A stretch of DNA of 62,724 nucleotides, filler included. It is 4 parts of 4 records of this genome, joined end to end, with 100 filler letters (N's around TTAATTAATTAA, not from the genome) between each part and the next. Parts side by side here need not be neighbours in the genome. Positions count along the whole stretch, not along the records: positions 10,939 to 38,490 come from SRR31156797_4998; 3 more parts are not named here. The stretch is one strand, 5' to 3'. The translations under genes were made by a program, and so were the position numbers. Shown here piece after piece: positions 21,516-30,424 of the stretch; position 1 is the first letter of the stretch; every line of letters begins with the position of its first letter. The notes beneath the pieces were generated by a model. The model did no database searches, had not been told where the DNA came from, and saw only the letters and a list, made by a program, of their open reading frames with translations.

Positions 21516-22382
21516 ATGAATATTCCAAGCAAATACAACAACTGGTTCTTACTTTTATTGGTATCATTTATATGGGGAAGCCCATACATATTAAGGGAAA
21601 TCGCATTGGAAAGTTTCAGCCACAACCAGGTGGCTGCTTTTCAGGTTTTCATGTCGTTTATACTCTTTATTCCTTTAATAGTTAAGAATTTTAAAAAACT
21701 CTCAAAGGATAATATTTTACCACTATTCCTTTCCGGAGTGACTGGAAATATTGGTCCCTCCTACTTTTTTGCAAAGGCACAAACACAAATCAATTCATCG
21801 GTTGCGGGTATGCTAAATGCAATGCTACCCATGATTACATTGTTAATTGCCATTGCCTTATTCAAATCAAAAAGCAACAAAAAAGTAATAGGTGGCATTC
21901 TTCTGGGATTTGCAGGTACACTAATTATTAGTTTCTCGGGAGATTCTCATGGAGAATCATATTTTTGGGGTGTTTTCTATGTATTTCTGGCTATTCTTTC
22001 CGTGGCAATAAGCATTAACATTGTAAGTTTTGCCTTACCTAAGTTAACAGGAACGGAAATTGCATCCCTGGCATTTTTATTTGTTGGTCCTATGGCTGGC
22101 TGCTTTCTTGCATTTACCGATTTAAGTGCTCCTTTAGCTTCCGAAGTTTTCTCAAAAAGTGCATTAATGCTTTCTCTTCTTGCTATTCTAACTTTTGCAG
22201 GAGTTATATTTTACAATCGCCTCATCAAGCAATCCTCACATATATTCGCAGCATCAATCGCATATATTATCCCTATTGTAGCCATTTTCTGGGGAATCGT
22301 AATTGGTGGCAATCACATTTCTCTGGCGCAAATTGCCTCAATAATTATTATATTAGTTGGTGTTAATTTAACGCATCGCTAA
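21516..22382 (+). CDS. DMT/EamA family transporter
   Basis: About 10 hydrophobic helices; IWGS and SSVAGMLNA motifs. Confidence 0.8.
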   Translation: MNIPSKYNNWFLLLLVSFIWGSPYILREIALESFSHNQVAAFQVFMSFILFIPLIVKNFKKLSKDNILPLFLSGVTGNIGPSYFFAKAQTQINSSVAGMLNAMLPMITLLIAIALFKSKSNKKVIGGILLGFAGTLIISFSGDSHGESYFWGVFYVFLAILSVAISINIVSFALPKLTGTEIASLAFLFVGPMAGCFLAFTDLSAPLASEVFSKSALMLSLLAILTFAGVIFYNRLIKQSSHIFAASIAYIIPIVAIFWGIVIGGNHISLAQIASIIIILVGVNLTHR

Positions 22383-22384
22383 TT

Positions 22385-23911
22385 GTGAACAAAAACATTC
22401 AACTATCCATTTTATCAGGAATTTTATTGGGATTACCATTTTGCATTCCCCAACTTTTTTTCCTAATATTTTTTGCATGGATTCCATTATTGTGGATTGA
22501 GGAAAAAACAAGTCATCACCCAAATCCATATCTCCTTTTCAATTATGCATTTTTAAGTTTTGCTATTTGGAATATCATGGCTTACTGGTGGGTTTCTCAA
22601 GCTCAACTGGTAGGTGTCATCCTCATCATTTTAATCAATTCAATGCTACTTGCGCTGATATTTTGGTTGATCAGCAAAGCAAAAAGCATTCTTAAAATAT
22701 CTATTTTATTTCCTTTTCTTATTGTTTGGTTGGGATTTGAATATTTCCATACTCGTTGGGATTTAGCCTGGCCATGGCTCAACCTGGGAAATACTTTTGC
22801 CTCAGTTCCACAATGGGTGCAATGGTACGGGTTTACTGGAACACGCGGTGGTAGTTTGTGGATTATTTTGGTCAACATTAGCTTGTTTGCAATCATTAAA
22901 CGCTCAAAAAATTTTCGCTACAGGCAAATTGTATTTTTAATCCTCTTACTAGGAATCCCTCTTCTTTATTCTTCCATTAGAATGGATAGTAGAGAAGAAA
23001 TTGTAGAACAGAAAACCTTTGCCCTCATCCAACCCAATCTCGATCCTTATATCGAAAAATTTGTACCTGAAAATGAAAGAATCCATTTCGAAGAATTTTT
23101 CGCAACAGCAGATTCCATTTGTTCACAGGTTAATCCCGAATATTTATTCGGACCTGAAACATTAATTCTAAAATTTATTGATGAAGAAAAACCTGATTCA
23201 TCCTATTATTACAGACAATTATTAAATCTGAAAAAGAAATATCCTAAAACCAGCTTTCTTTTGGGTGTTCACAGCGAAAAAAAAGTAAAAGAAAGAATCG
23301 AATCATACAATACAGCTCTATTTTTATCTGATTCTATTCCCGAATACTATCACAAAACAAAATTGGTTCCTCTGTTCGAGCGAATGCCTTTCGATAAATA
23401 TCTTGGATTTCTAAAAGAATATTCATTAGAAATTGGCGGATATCACGGAACCTACAGTGCTCGAAATCAAAAAAAATATTTTTTATCCCATAAAACAGCA
23501 ATTGTCCCCGTGGTTTGTTTCGAATCTATTTTCGGGGATTATTGTGCACAACGAGTTCCGAAACAATCTGGTTTCCTTTGCATGATTACCAATGATGGAT
23601 GGTGGAAAACCACTCCTGGTTATCGTCATCATTTTAATTTTAGCCGCTTACGAGCAATAGAAACTCGTCGTCATTACATTCGTGTTGCCAACAATGGAAT
23701 TTCTGCGCACATCAACTCCAAAGGCATGGTTATTGCTAAAACAAAGTGGTGGCACAAAACAATACTTACCGGAGAATTGAGTTTATTAAACGGACAAACA
23801 TTCTATTCGGAACATGGTGATTACATTGGCAGAATTTGCCTGTTTTTTAGCCTGCTTTTATTAATGTTTGTTAAAATTCGTGCTTACACCAACAGATTAT
23901 CGAAAAGATAA
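22385..23911 (+). CDS. lnt: Apolipoprotein N-acyltransferase
   Basis: PWLNLG, IQPN, GPET, KTKLVPLFE, VCFESIF, ITNDGWW and RAIETRR (E-K-C nitrilase triad). Confidence 0.9.
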   Translation: MNKNIQLSILSGILLGLPFCIPQLFFLIFFAWIPLLWIEEKTSHHPNPYLLFNYAFLSFAIWNIMAYWWVSQAQLVGVILIILINSMLLALIFWLISKAKSILKISILFPFLIVWLGFEYFHTRWDLAWPWLNLGNTFASVPQWVQWYGFTGTRGGSLWIILVNISLFAIIKRSKNFRYRQIVFLILLLGIPLLYSSIRMDSREEIVEQKTFALIQPNLDPYIEKFVPENERIHFEEFFATADSICSQVNPEYLFGPETLILKFIDEEKPDSSYYYRQLLNLKKKYPKTSFLLGVHSEKKVKERIESYNTALFLSDSIPEYYHKTKLVPLFERMPFDKYLGFLKEYSLEIGGYHGTYSARNQKKYFLSHKTAIVPVVCFESIFGDYCAQRVPKQSGFLCMITNDGWWKTTPGYRHHFNFSRLRAIETRRHYIRVANNGISAHINSKGMVIAKTKWWHKTILTGELSLLNGQTFYSEHGDYIGRICLFFSLLLLMFVKIRAYTNRLSKR

Positions 23912-23965
23912 TCCGAAAAGATTTATTTTTAATCAGTATTTAAAAACTTCATAAACACATATCAT

Positions 23966-25009
23966 ATGCATCGATTACTACTTGCCCTTTTGGCTTTTTG
24001 CATGATTACAGGAAGCACCTATGCAGCCAAACACAAAAAAATAGAAAAGACATTCAAGTCGGTTGAGAATCTTAAAATAGATGCTCATTACGGCAAAATA
24101 CAAATTAAGACCTGGGATAAAGATGAAATTCGTTTCGAGGTTTTGATTACCGTTGACGGATCGAAAGAAGAAAAAAATGAAACCATAGCTGAGAACATTA
24201 GCATCGACTTTACCGAAGGCGATCAGCAATTGGTGGCACAAACAGTATTGGGTGATTTCTTTTCTATTAAGAAATTGACCAATTCCTTATTCAATAAAGG
24301 AAAGATTAAGATTAACTACAATGTACAAATGCCTGAGAATGTAAACCTGGAACTGGTACAGAAAAATGGCGATGTGTTCATGGACAATCACAATGCAAAA
24401 CTTAGCCTGGATCATACCAACGGTAACTTTACTGCAAAAGCTTTAAACGGGGAGAACAATTTAAAACTATCGAGCGTAAAGCTAAAAGTGGATCAATTGA
24501 ACAACTCAGAATTAGAAGCTGCCGGTTCAGAATTAAAGATTGAAAATGCGAATAAAATTACTGGTGAAAGTCGCGATTCAGAATACAACATTCAGGTAAT
24601 CGACAATTTAAACATTAAATCATCTCGTGATAAATTTGATATCAAAGAGATTGAATATCTATATGGATCATCGAACTTTTCAAAGTTCGAAATTGCTCAA
24701 ATGGGTGGCGAAATTGATTACGATCTAAAATTTGGTCACATCAATGTATTCAACATTAATAACATGTACTCCTTTATCAAGCTCGATTCAAAGTATGCAA
24801 ACATTGGCTTAAGCTTTATGGAAGGCTGCAATATGGAATACGAGATCAATCACAAATCGGTAAAGTTCGATAACTCGAACGATTTTACTTTAAAAAATGA
24901 AACTACTGCCGACAAGAAAACTTTTGTAGCCAAAGGGAAAATTGGCAACAAGAAAACCTTCTCGAAACTAAATATCCGCGCAAACAACTGTAAAATGCGC
25001 TTGCAATAA
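23966..25009 (+). CDS. Exported beta-strand-repeat protein (DUF4097/adhesin-like)
   Basis: Signal peptide, YGKIQIKTWDK motif and repetitive beta-solenoid pattern. Confidence 0.6.
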   Translation: MHRLLLALLAFCMITGSTYAAKHKKIEKTFKSVENLKIDAHYGKIQIKTWDKDEIRFEVLITVDGSKEEKNETIAENISIDFTEGDQQLVAQTVLGDFFSIKKLTNSLFNKGKIKINYNVQMPENVNLELVQKNGDVFMDNHNAKLSLDHTNGNFTAKALNGENNLKLSSVKLKVDQLNNSELEAAGSELKIENANKITGESRDSEYNIQVIDNLNIKSSRDKFDIKEIEYLYGSSNFSKFEIAQMGGEIDYDLKFGHINVFNINNMYSFIKLDSKYANIGLSFMEGCNMEYEINHKSVKFDNSNDFTLKNETTADKKTFVAKGKIGNKKTFSKLNIRANNCKMRLQ

Positions 25010-25028
25010 AACTCCTGAATCTTATAAT

Positions 25029-25071
25029 AAGCACAAAAAAGACCAACTAGGAGTTGGTCTTTTTTGTGCTT
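25029..25071. terminator. Bidirectional terminator (20-bp perfect inverted repeat)
   Basis: AAGCACAAAAAAGACCAACT-AGG-AGTTGGTCTTTTTTGTGCTT between convergent genes. Confidence 0.85.
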
Positions 25072-25095
25072 CTAATTTAAAGTTTCGAAATGACT

Positions 25096-25632
25096 TTAAT
25101 TAATTTTCAAACTCTTTAATAACTGGTAATAAATATCTGCATTTCCTCCGTATTTCCATATAAACAATGTCGAATCTGAATTGTTAATTGACATCTTTAT
25201 TTCAGCATTACTCAATACTTCTTCCTCATTAAACTTCGATTTAAGAATATCTAATGAAAAATTCAAAATTGCTTTCTTTTCATTCTCTCCAAGCTCAATT
25301 TCCTTGTAATCAGTTAAGGTGTTCATAGGTTTATATAATTCTCCTTCCTTATAAGATACAAGAACCATACTATCACAATTTACCCCATATCTCTCATACT
25401 CAAGCCTATATTTATGCTTACTCTTTCCGGAAACTATCAGATATTCTTCATGACCTCCCCATTCACCACATTCATTCGATTCAAAATAAATTTTTAAAAT
25501 TGGTTTGTTCATATGCCAACTCAATTCATTATCAAAGAAATTAAGTTCCAAATCATTCTTCGACATTGAATCTTGATTTCGACATGAGACTAGTAGAAAT
25601 AAAATAAATATCAGAATATATTTCATGAACAT
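25096..25632 (-). CDS. Hypothetical lipoprotein
   Basis: 178 aa ORF with lipobox LVSC and a conserved-looking ECGEWGGHEE segment. Confidence 0.65.
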   Translation of the reverse strand: MFMKYILIFILFLLVSCRNQDSMSKNDLELNFFDNELSWHMNKPILKIYFESNECGEWGGHEEYLIVSGKSKHKYRLEYERYGVNCDSMVLVSYKEGELYKPMNTLTDYKEIELGENEKKAILNFSLDILKSKFNEEEVLSNAEIKMSINNSDSTLFIWKYGGNADIYYQLLKSLKIN

Positions 25633-25664
25633 TAAATTTTGTAGTGATTGTCAGATATATTTAA

Positions 25665-25841
25665 CTATTTCTTCAACTTTTCCTTTTTCATGTAATTGTA
25701 AATGAATCCATTTTCTAATACAGCTGCAACCAATAAAATACCAAATAATATTTGGTAATTTTCGGTTCCTTTATATAAATAGGAAACCGATAAAATTACA
25801 GCAGCCCATATTATCGCACTAATTATCAAGATTTTTTTCAT
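25665..25841 (-). CDS. Small two-helix membrane protein (58 aa), missing from the ORF track
   Basis: ATG 25841 to TAG 25665: MKKILIISAIIWAAVILSVSYLYKGTENYQILFGILLVAAVLENGFIYNYMKKEKLKK; starts 8 nt after the serine hydrolase stop. Confidence 0.65.
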   Translation of the reverse strand: MKKILIISAIIWAAVILSVSYLYKGTENYQILFGILLVAAVLENGFIYNYMKKEKLKK

Positions 25842-25849
25842 AAGCTTAT

Positions 25850-26962
25850 TTAATTCTTTTCTGTAATTATTTTTAAAACCTTAGGAATGATAGGCGCCAC
25901 TCCCCTTCTTGGCCAATGCTGACTGTAATTTACTGCAATAGCCGTTTTTATTTCAGGAAGGTAAACTACCTGTGTACCCCAAAAACCTGAATGAGAATAT
26001 GCCTCTTTTCCATCTATATCCATTTTCCAGATTCCCATTCTGTAATCCAAAGATTGCTTGGTGCTGTACTCTACAGGTTCCAACATTTTGTCCAAGGTAC
26101 TTTTATTAGTGAATACCTTATGAGCAAATAATTTTTGGTAAAAAATGCTCAAATCGGCTGTGGTTGATAACAATCCTCCACCACCATAATAATCCAGCGA
26201 TGGATGAAAATTGTAGGTATCTGCATTCTCATGATATTGATGAACCCTTCTTCCCGAAAAATCGCCTTCAAAATCTTCCATATAGGTATCATTCAGACCC
26301 AAAGCTTTCAGGTTTAATTGTTCCATTATGGCATCGCCCATCAATTTTCCTGTGATGCGTTCTATAATTTCGCCAAGTAAAATGTAGCCGGTATCCGAAT
26401 AGCTAAATTGCGACCCTACTTCGCCAACCGGTTTGGCATAAGTAATTAAATCGGTAATTGTTTCGGTACGTGACCACACATGCCTTGTATTCATAAAATC
26501 AAGCGTGAACTTATGCGATTGGGTATGTTCAGCAAGACCACTAGAGTGTGTCAACAAATGTCTGATTAAAATCTGATCCACCTTGTATCCTCCACTTTTT
26601 AAAATGTCAATATGCTCTTCCGAAACATACTTTGATATTGGATCATCCAGGTTCAATTTCTCATCCTCCCACAATCGCAGAACTGTAGCTGCTACAAATG
26701 TTTTGGTTACACTGGCAATTCTAAATATCTGATCAGATTTTAATACCGTTTTGTCTTCCTTATCGGATACGCCAGATGCTCCACTCCAAACAATATCCTT
26801 GTCTACAGAATTAACATTTACCAAAATCCCTGGGTTGTTTTCATTCACTTCTTTATCCAATTCCACTTGGAATTGCTTGATACAATCAGCTTTTTTATCA
26901 ACACAGCTAGAAATTAGCAGCACTACAAATGCAATTAGAAATGTAAATTTAGTGAGTTTCAT
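25850..26962 (-). CDS. Serine hydrolase lipoprotein, beta-lactamase class C / D-Ala-D-Ala carboxypeptidase family
   Basis: Lipobox ISSC, FRIASVTKTF (SxxK), LLTHSSG, YSD (YxN variant) and HSG. Confidence 0.85.
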   Translation of the reverse strand: MKLTKFTFLIAFVVLLISSCVDKKADCIKQFQVELDKEVNENNPGILVNVNSVDKDIVWSGASGVSDKEDKTVLKSDQIFRIASVTKTFVAATVLRLWEDEKLNLDDPISKYVSEEHIDILKSGGYKVDQILIRHLLTHSSGLAEHTQSHKFTLDFMNTRHVWSRTETITDLITYAKPVGEVGSQFSYSDTGYILLGEIIERITGKLMGDAIMEQLNLKALGLNDTYMEDFEGDFSGRRVHQYHENADTYNFHPSLDYYGGGGLLSTTADLSIFYQKLFAHKVFTNKSTLDKMLEPVEYSTKQSLDYRMGIWKMDIDGKEAYSHSGFWGTQVVYLPEIKTAIAVNYSQHWPRRGVAPIIPKVLKIITEKN

Positions 26963-26988
26963 ATTGGGTTAATTTATTATTGGTGGAT

Positions 26989-27384
26989 CTATTTATTCTT
27001 TAAATTCCTATTTCCCGAAAATGTATAAAAAAGGAAACAGCCTAACAGCATTGCGATAACGCCAATCAGCGTATCGTAAGATTTGAGATGTGGAATTATT
27101 GAGGATAAGAATTCTTGAAAGCTTTCTTCACCGATGAAGAGAAAAATTAAAGCAGCTATTATCGCTAAATATGCAAAACCTTTAACAACAATCGGATGTT
27201 TTGATTCCTTAGCAGCTATGATCAGCAAAACCCCAATTCCTAATCTAAATACAATTGCAGAAATATACACCAAGGTGCTTCCCTTATTGTCTTCCATCCA
27301 CTCAAAAATAACTTCAGGCTGAATTAACAAGGATAAACCTAAAAGAAAAATCAGTACTCCTAATAATCTGATGGCTAATTTCAT
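26989..27384 (-). CDS. Hypothetical four-helix membrane protein
   Basis: 131 aa ORF with four hydrophobic segments. Confidence 0.65.
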   Translation of the reverse strand: MKLAIRLLGVLIFLLGLSLLIQPEVIFEWMEDNKGSTLVYISAIVFRLGIGVLLIIAAKESKHPIVVKGFAYLAIIAALIFLFIGEESFQEFLSSIIPHLKSYDTLIGVIAMLLGCFLFYTFSGNRNLKNK

Positions 27385-27409
27385 GATTGAGTTTTTTTGT
27401 AATTAATAG

Positions 27410-28189
27410 TTAATTTTCTTTCCACCATGTTTCCAATTCTGTTTCTCTAGCTTTTTGCGTTTCTTCTCCAGAATACCCGCCTTCCCATGCTTTGTTTAAT
27501 GATTCCCAACCAAAGGAATTATATTTGGAATTAGGATGAAACTCACTAGTCCCAGTATCTAATTCATCCGATTGAGGAATTCTACTATCTCCCCAATTAG
27601 CTTTTATAATATTTGATTTGGCATACGCAGACCAATTTCCGGCGAATTGATTGTTATTATACATTGCAGAAACATCCCATAAGTCGTTGTATTTAATAAT
27701 CCCATCTTCATCCTTATACCAATAAGTCACGAAGCGTCCTTTAAATATTCCGGAGTGATTTGAATCAGGATCTTCATAAAATCGATATTCTCCAGAAAGA
27801 ATTCCATTTTTACCATTTGGGTACTCCAAAGACTTCATGTAGTAAGATTCTTTTATCTCAATAATTCCTTGAAACGGACAAATATTATCTGAAACTTTGC
27901 TTTTACCATAAATAAAATATTGATTTGGACAGTTATTATTCTTAATAATAGAGAGAAACTTTATTCGCAACCTTCGATAATTATTCCCTATAAATCCAAA
28001 TCTTCTTTCAGAAGGATTATCTATCCAAAATCTACTCACATCAAGTTGCTTTAGTTCATCAAGATTTGACTTAGATAATTCAAATTCATCATCAAGATCA
28101 ATAATATCTTTATAGTCCGTTAGTCCATTTTGACAAAATGATATCATTGGGAATAAAACGAAAAATAGAATGTTAAAAGTTAGTTTCAT
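27410..28189 (-). CDS. Hypothetical exported protein
   Basis: 259 aa ORF with N-terminal signal peptide. Confidence 0.65.
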   Translation of the reverse strand: MKLTFNILFFVLFPMISFCQNGLTDYKDIIDLDDEFELSKSNLDELKQLDVSRFWIDNPSERRFGFIGNNYRRLRIKFLSIIKNNNCPNQYFIYGKSKVSDNICPFQGIIEIKESYYMKSLEYPNGKNGILSGEYRFYEDPDSNHSGIFKGRFVTYWYKDEDGIIKYNDLWDVSAMYNNNQFAGNWSAYAKSNIIKANWGDSRIPQSDELDTGTSEFHPNSKYNSFGWESLNKAWEGGYSGEETQKARETELETWWKEN

Positions 28190-28241
28190 TTTTTCTATTA
28201 TTATTGATAGAGGTATTGCTTAAAGTTTGTTGGCAAACATT

Positions 28242-28976
28242 TTATTTAATTTTCTTCAAAACAGTTGTTTCTCCAACAACCTTTGCTTTAATCCAATCGG
28301 ATTCATTTTCATAGGCACCTCTGACTTTTCTTAAGTTCAAATTCCTACCGTCAAACCACCAGTGATATTCTTCGAAATTTCCATCTTTTGTATATAAATA
28401 CATCCCATCCATTCCATTTCCTTCTTCCCAAAAATCGATTATTAATGAATAATTTACAATTGAATCCAATCCTGTAATTGTATAGTCATTATTAAATATG
28501 ATAGTAGAATTATTCGATTCTCTTATGTAAGTTCCAGTAAATATATTTTTCGAAAAATATTCATTAAGTGGTGGTATATTTTCTCGTCTTGAAAAAATAT
28601 TAGCAGTCGTGTCATGATCTCTGAAGAATTCTTGGATTGTTAATGATTCATTATCAAAATTAATCTTCCAATATTGTGAGTCATCGCCCATTGTGTATGA
28701 CACTTCATCCCACTCATCCAATCTGTCTTTCCATGATTCATGATAGCCAATAAAACTAATAGAGTCCATATTGTTCCTGTCAAACGTAATCTTATAAGCA
28801 TATGATGCACAAGCTCCAGAATACTTATAGATTTTTTTATTTATAATTGTTGAATCTAAATACTCTATTAAATACCAATTTTCTACCTGAATTGATTCTT
28901 CTAAATTCGACTTATCCTGCCCAAGTAGGCTACTTATGAATACAATCAGGAAAATATCAGTCAATATTTGTTTCAT
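28242..28976 (-). CDS. Hypothetical exported protein
   Basis: 244 aa ORF with signal peptide; acidic and aromatic-rich. Confidence 0.65.
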   Translation of the reverse strand: MKQILTDIFLIVFISSLLGQDKSNLEESIQVENWYLIEYLDSTIINKKIYKYSGACASYAYKITFDRNNMDSISFIGYHESWKDRLDEWDEVSYTMGDDSQYWKINFDNESLTIQEFFRDHDTTANIFSRRENIPPLNEYFSKNIFTGTYIRESNNSTIIFNNDYTITGLDSIVNYSLIIDFWEEGNGMDGMYLYTKDGNFEEYHWWFDGRNLNLRKVRGAYENESDWIKAKVVGETTVLKKIK

Positions 28977-29229
28977 TTGACTCTCCTTAAAATGTTTAAC
29001 AAGCTATAAATAAACACCATGCCATTTATACATTTATTGCTAGTGCATTTATCCGCCAACATGAGTCAGCAATGCACACCTATTATATTTTAAATTATGA
29101 ATCTACAAAACAATAAGCCCTTAACAAAGCATTGTAAATGATATTTTAAACCAGCTTGTTTAGATAATTTAACTATTGACACACTTTAATGAAAAGACTC
29201 CTTATTTTATTTGAACACTGTGGCACTTG

Positions 29230-29498
29230 TTCCGTAACTGGATTGGTCTGATCCGTAACAATGGTTTTATCTTCCGTACACAATTTTTCCCGTTCCGTTA
29301 CAGCTTGCTGGTATTCCGTTCAGAGTTTCACCCCTTCCGTTACAAAGGGAAGCTATTTTCGCTGTCACGGAAGGCCAAACCCATGTCACGGAAACTATTT
29401 TCGCTGTCACGGAAGGCTAACCCAATCTAACGGAAAGCCAATTTCATGTCACGGAAGGCTAAGCCCGTGTTACGGAACTATCACCATGGCGTACGGAA
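29230..29498. repeat. 21-bp-phased head-to-head array of a 9-bp motif (consensus TTCCGTNAC) with variable 12-bp spacers
   Basis: Forward copies at 29230, 29251, 29272, 29293, 29314, 29335; inverted copies (consensus GTNACGGAA) at 29364, 29385, 29406, 29427, 29448, 29469, 29490; degenerate inverted copy at 29343. Confidence 0.95.
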
Positions 29499-29594
29499 AA
29501 CCTTTTCGATTTTACAAATGAGAACTTTTAACATCTTTTAAAGTCAAGGATCGCATGCTTTTTGCTATATTCAACCGAAACAAAAATTGACAAC

Positions 29595-30164
29595 ATGAAG
29601 AAATTAGCAATATTATTACTGATCTGTTTTAGCATAAGCCCGACAATCGCTCAAAAAAAATTGAAACAACATTTCGAAAAAGATTTAATTAGCTACACCA
29701 CAGCTTTCAATAACAAACAGTGGAATGTAGTAACCGAAATGATGTATCCACGTGTTTTTGAAATGATGAGCAAAGACAATATGGTAATGGTAATGCAGGG
29801 AATGGACAATATGGGCGTGAAAATGACCACCGATTTTAAATCGATAGATAAAATTTCGGATGTGGTAGAATCGGGTAAGGAAAAATATTGCAAGATATAT
29901 TACTATGGAGTAGTTAAGGTTAAACTTTCGGGATTAATGAGCCAGGGCAGTAGTTTGGTTCAGCCAAAGTTTGAAGCGGAATTTGGCAAAGAAAACGTAA
30001 AATACAACGAAGAAAGCAATTCATTTACCATACAGGCACACAGGTCGATGGTGGCTGTTGCCGACAAAAAAACGGATAACTGGAAATACATCGATATCAA
30101 TTCACCACAAGCCAAAGGTCTTCAAAAATTGATTCCTGCTAATGTGAAACAGAGGCTGAATTAA
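29595..30164 (+). CDS. Hypothetical exported protein (NTF2-like pattern possible)
   Basis: Signal peptide MKKLAILLLICFSISPTIAQ starting at ATG 29595. Confidence 0.65.
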   Translation: MKKLAILLLICFSISPTIAQKKLKQHFEKDLISYTTAFNNKQWNVVTEMMYPRVFEMMSKDNMVMVMQGMDNMGVKMTTDFKSIDKISDVVESGKEKYCKIYYYGVVKVKLSGLMSQGSSLVQPKFEAEFGKENVKYNEESNSFTIQAHRSMVAVADKKTDNWKYIDINSPQAKGLQKLIPANVKQRLN

Positions 30165-30224
30165 ATTCAAAGCTTCAAATTCCAGGTATCAAGCTCCAAG
30201 TATAAGTATAAACAAGTAAAAATT

Positions 30225-30392
30225 GTGCATAAAGCAATTTGCAGTATTGGAAGAGAGGCAAAATTAAGTTATCTTGGAATTACAGTTATAAGATTTACCA
30301 ATCAAGAAATTTTTAATAATCTACCCTGTATTGTTGAAAAAATAGAACAATCTTGTAATACTCTAGAAGAATTGCAGGAAGATCCCCTTTAG
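30225..30392 (+). pseudogene. C-terminal remnant of a DUF559 (Vsr-like) endonuclease
   Basis: Frame reads ...REAKLSYLGITVIRFTNQEIFNNLPCIVEKIEQ..., the DUF559 C-terminal R..L...G..V.RF.N..I pattern; the N-terminal part is absent. Confidence 0.65.
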
Positions 30393-30405
30393 GGGACCAA
30401 GGGGT
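30383..30405. repeat. Short GC-rich REP-like hairpin TCCCC-TTTA-GGGGA plus CCAAGGGGT tail
   Basis: GC-rich palindrome in an AT-rich context overlapping the DUF559 remnant stop codon. Confidence 0.55.
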
Positions 30406-30424
30406 GTTTTTAAAACCATTCTCT

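Noticed and set aside
25850-26962. Serine hydrolase as a true antibiotic-resistance beta-lactamase
   Set aside because: The motifs (SVTK, YSD, HSG) fit the broad peptidase/esterase family; nothing in the sequence specifies beta-lactam hydrolysis.
29230-29498. CRISPR array interpretation of the 21-bp array
   Set aside because: The repeat (9 bp) and spacers (12 bp) are far too short, orientation flips mid-array, and no cas genes are present.
29227-29521. ORFs 29227..29430 and 29261..29521 as real genes
   Set aside because: They overlap in different frames and are by-products of a stop-poor repeat whose period is a multiple of three; no recognisable protein features.
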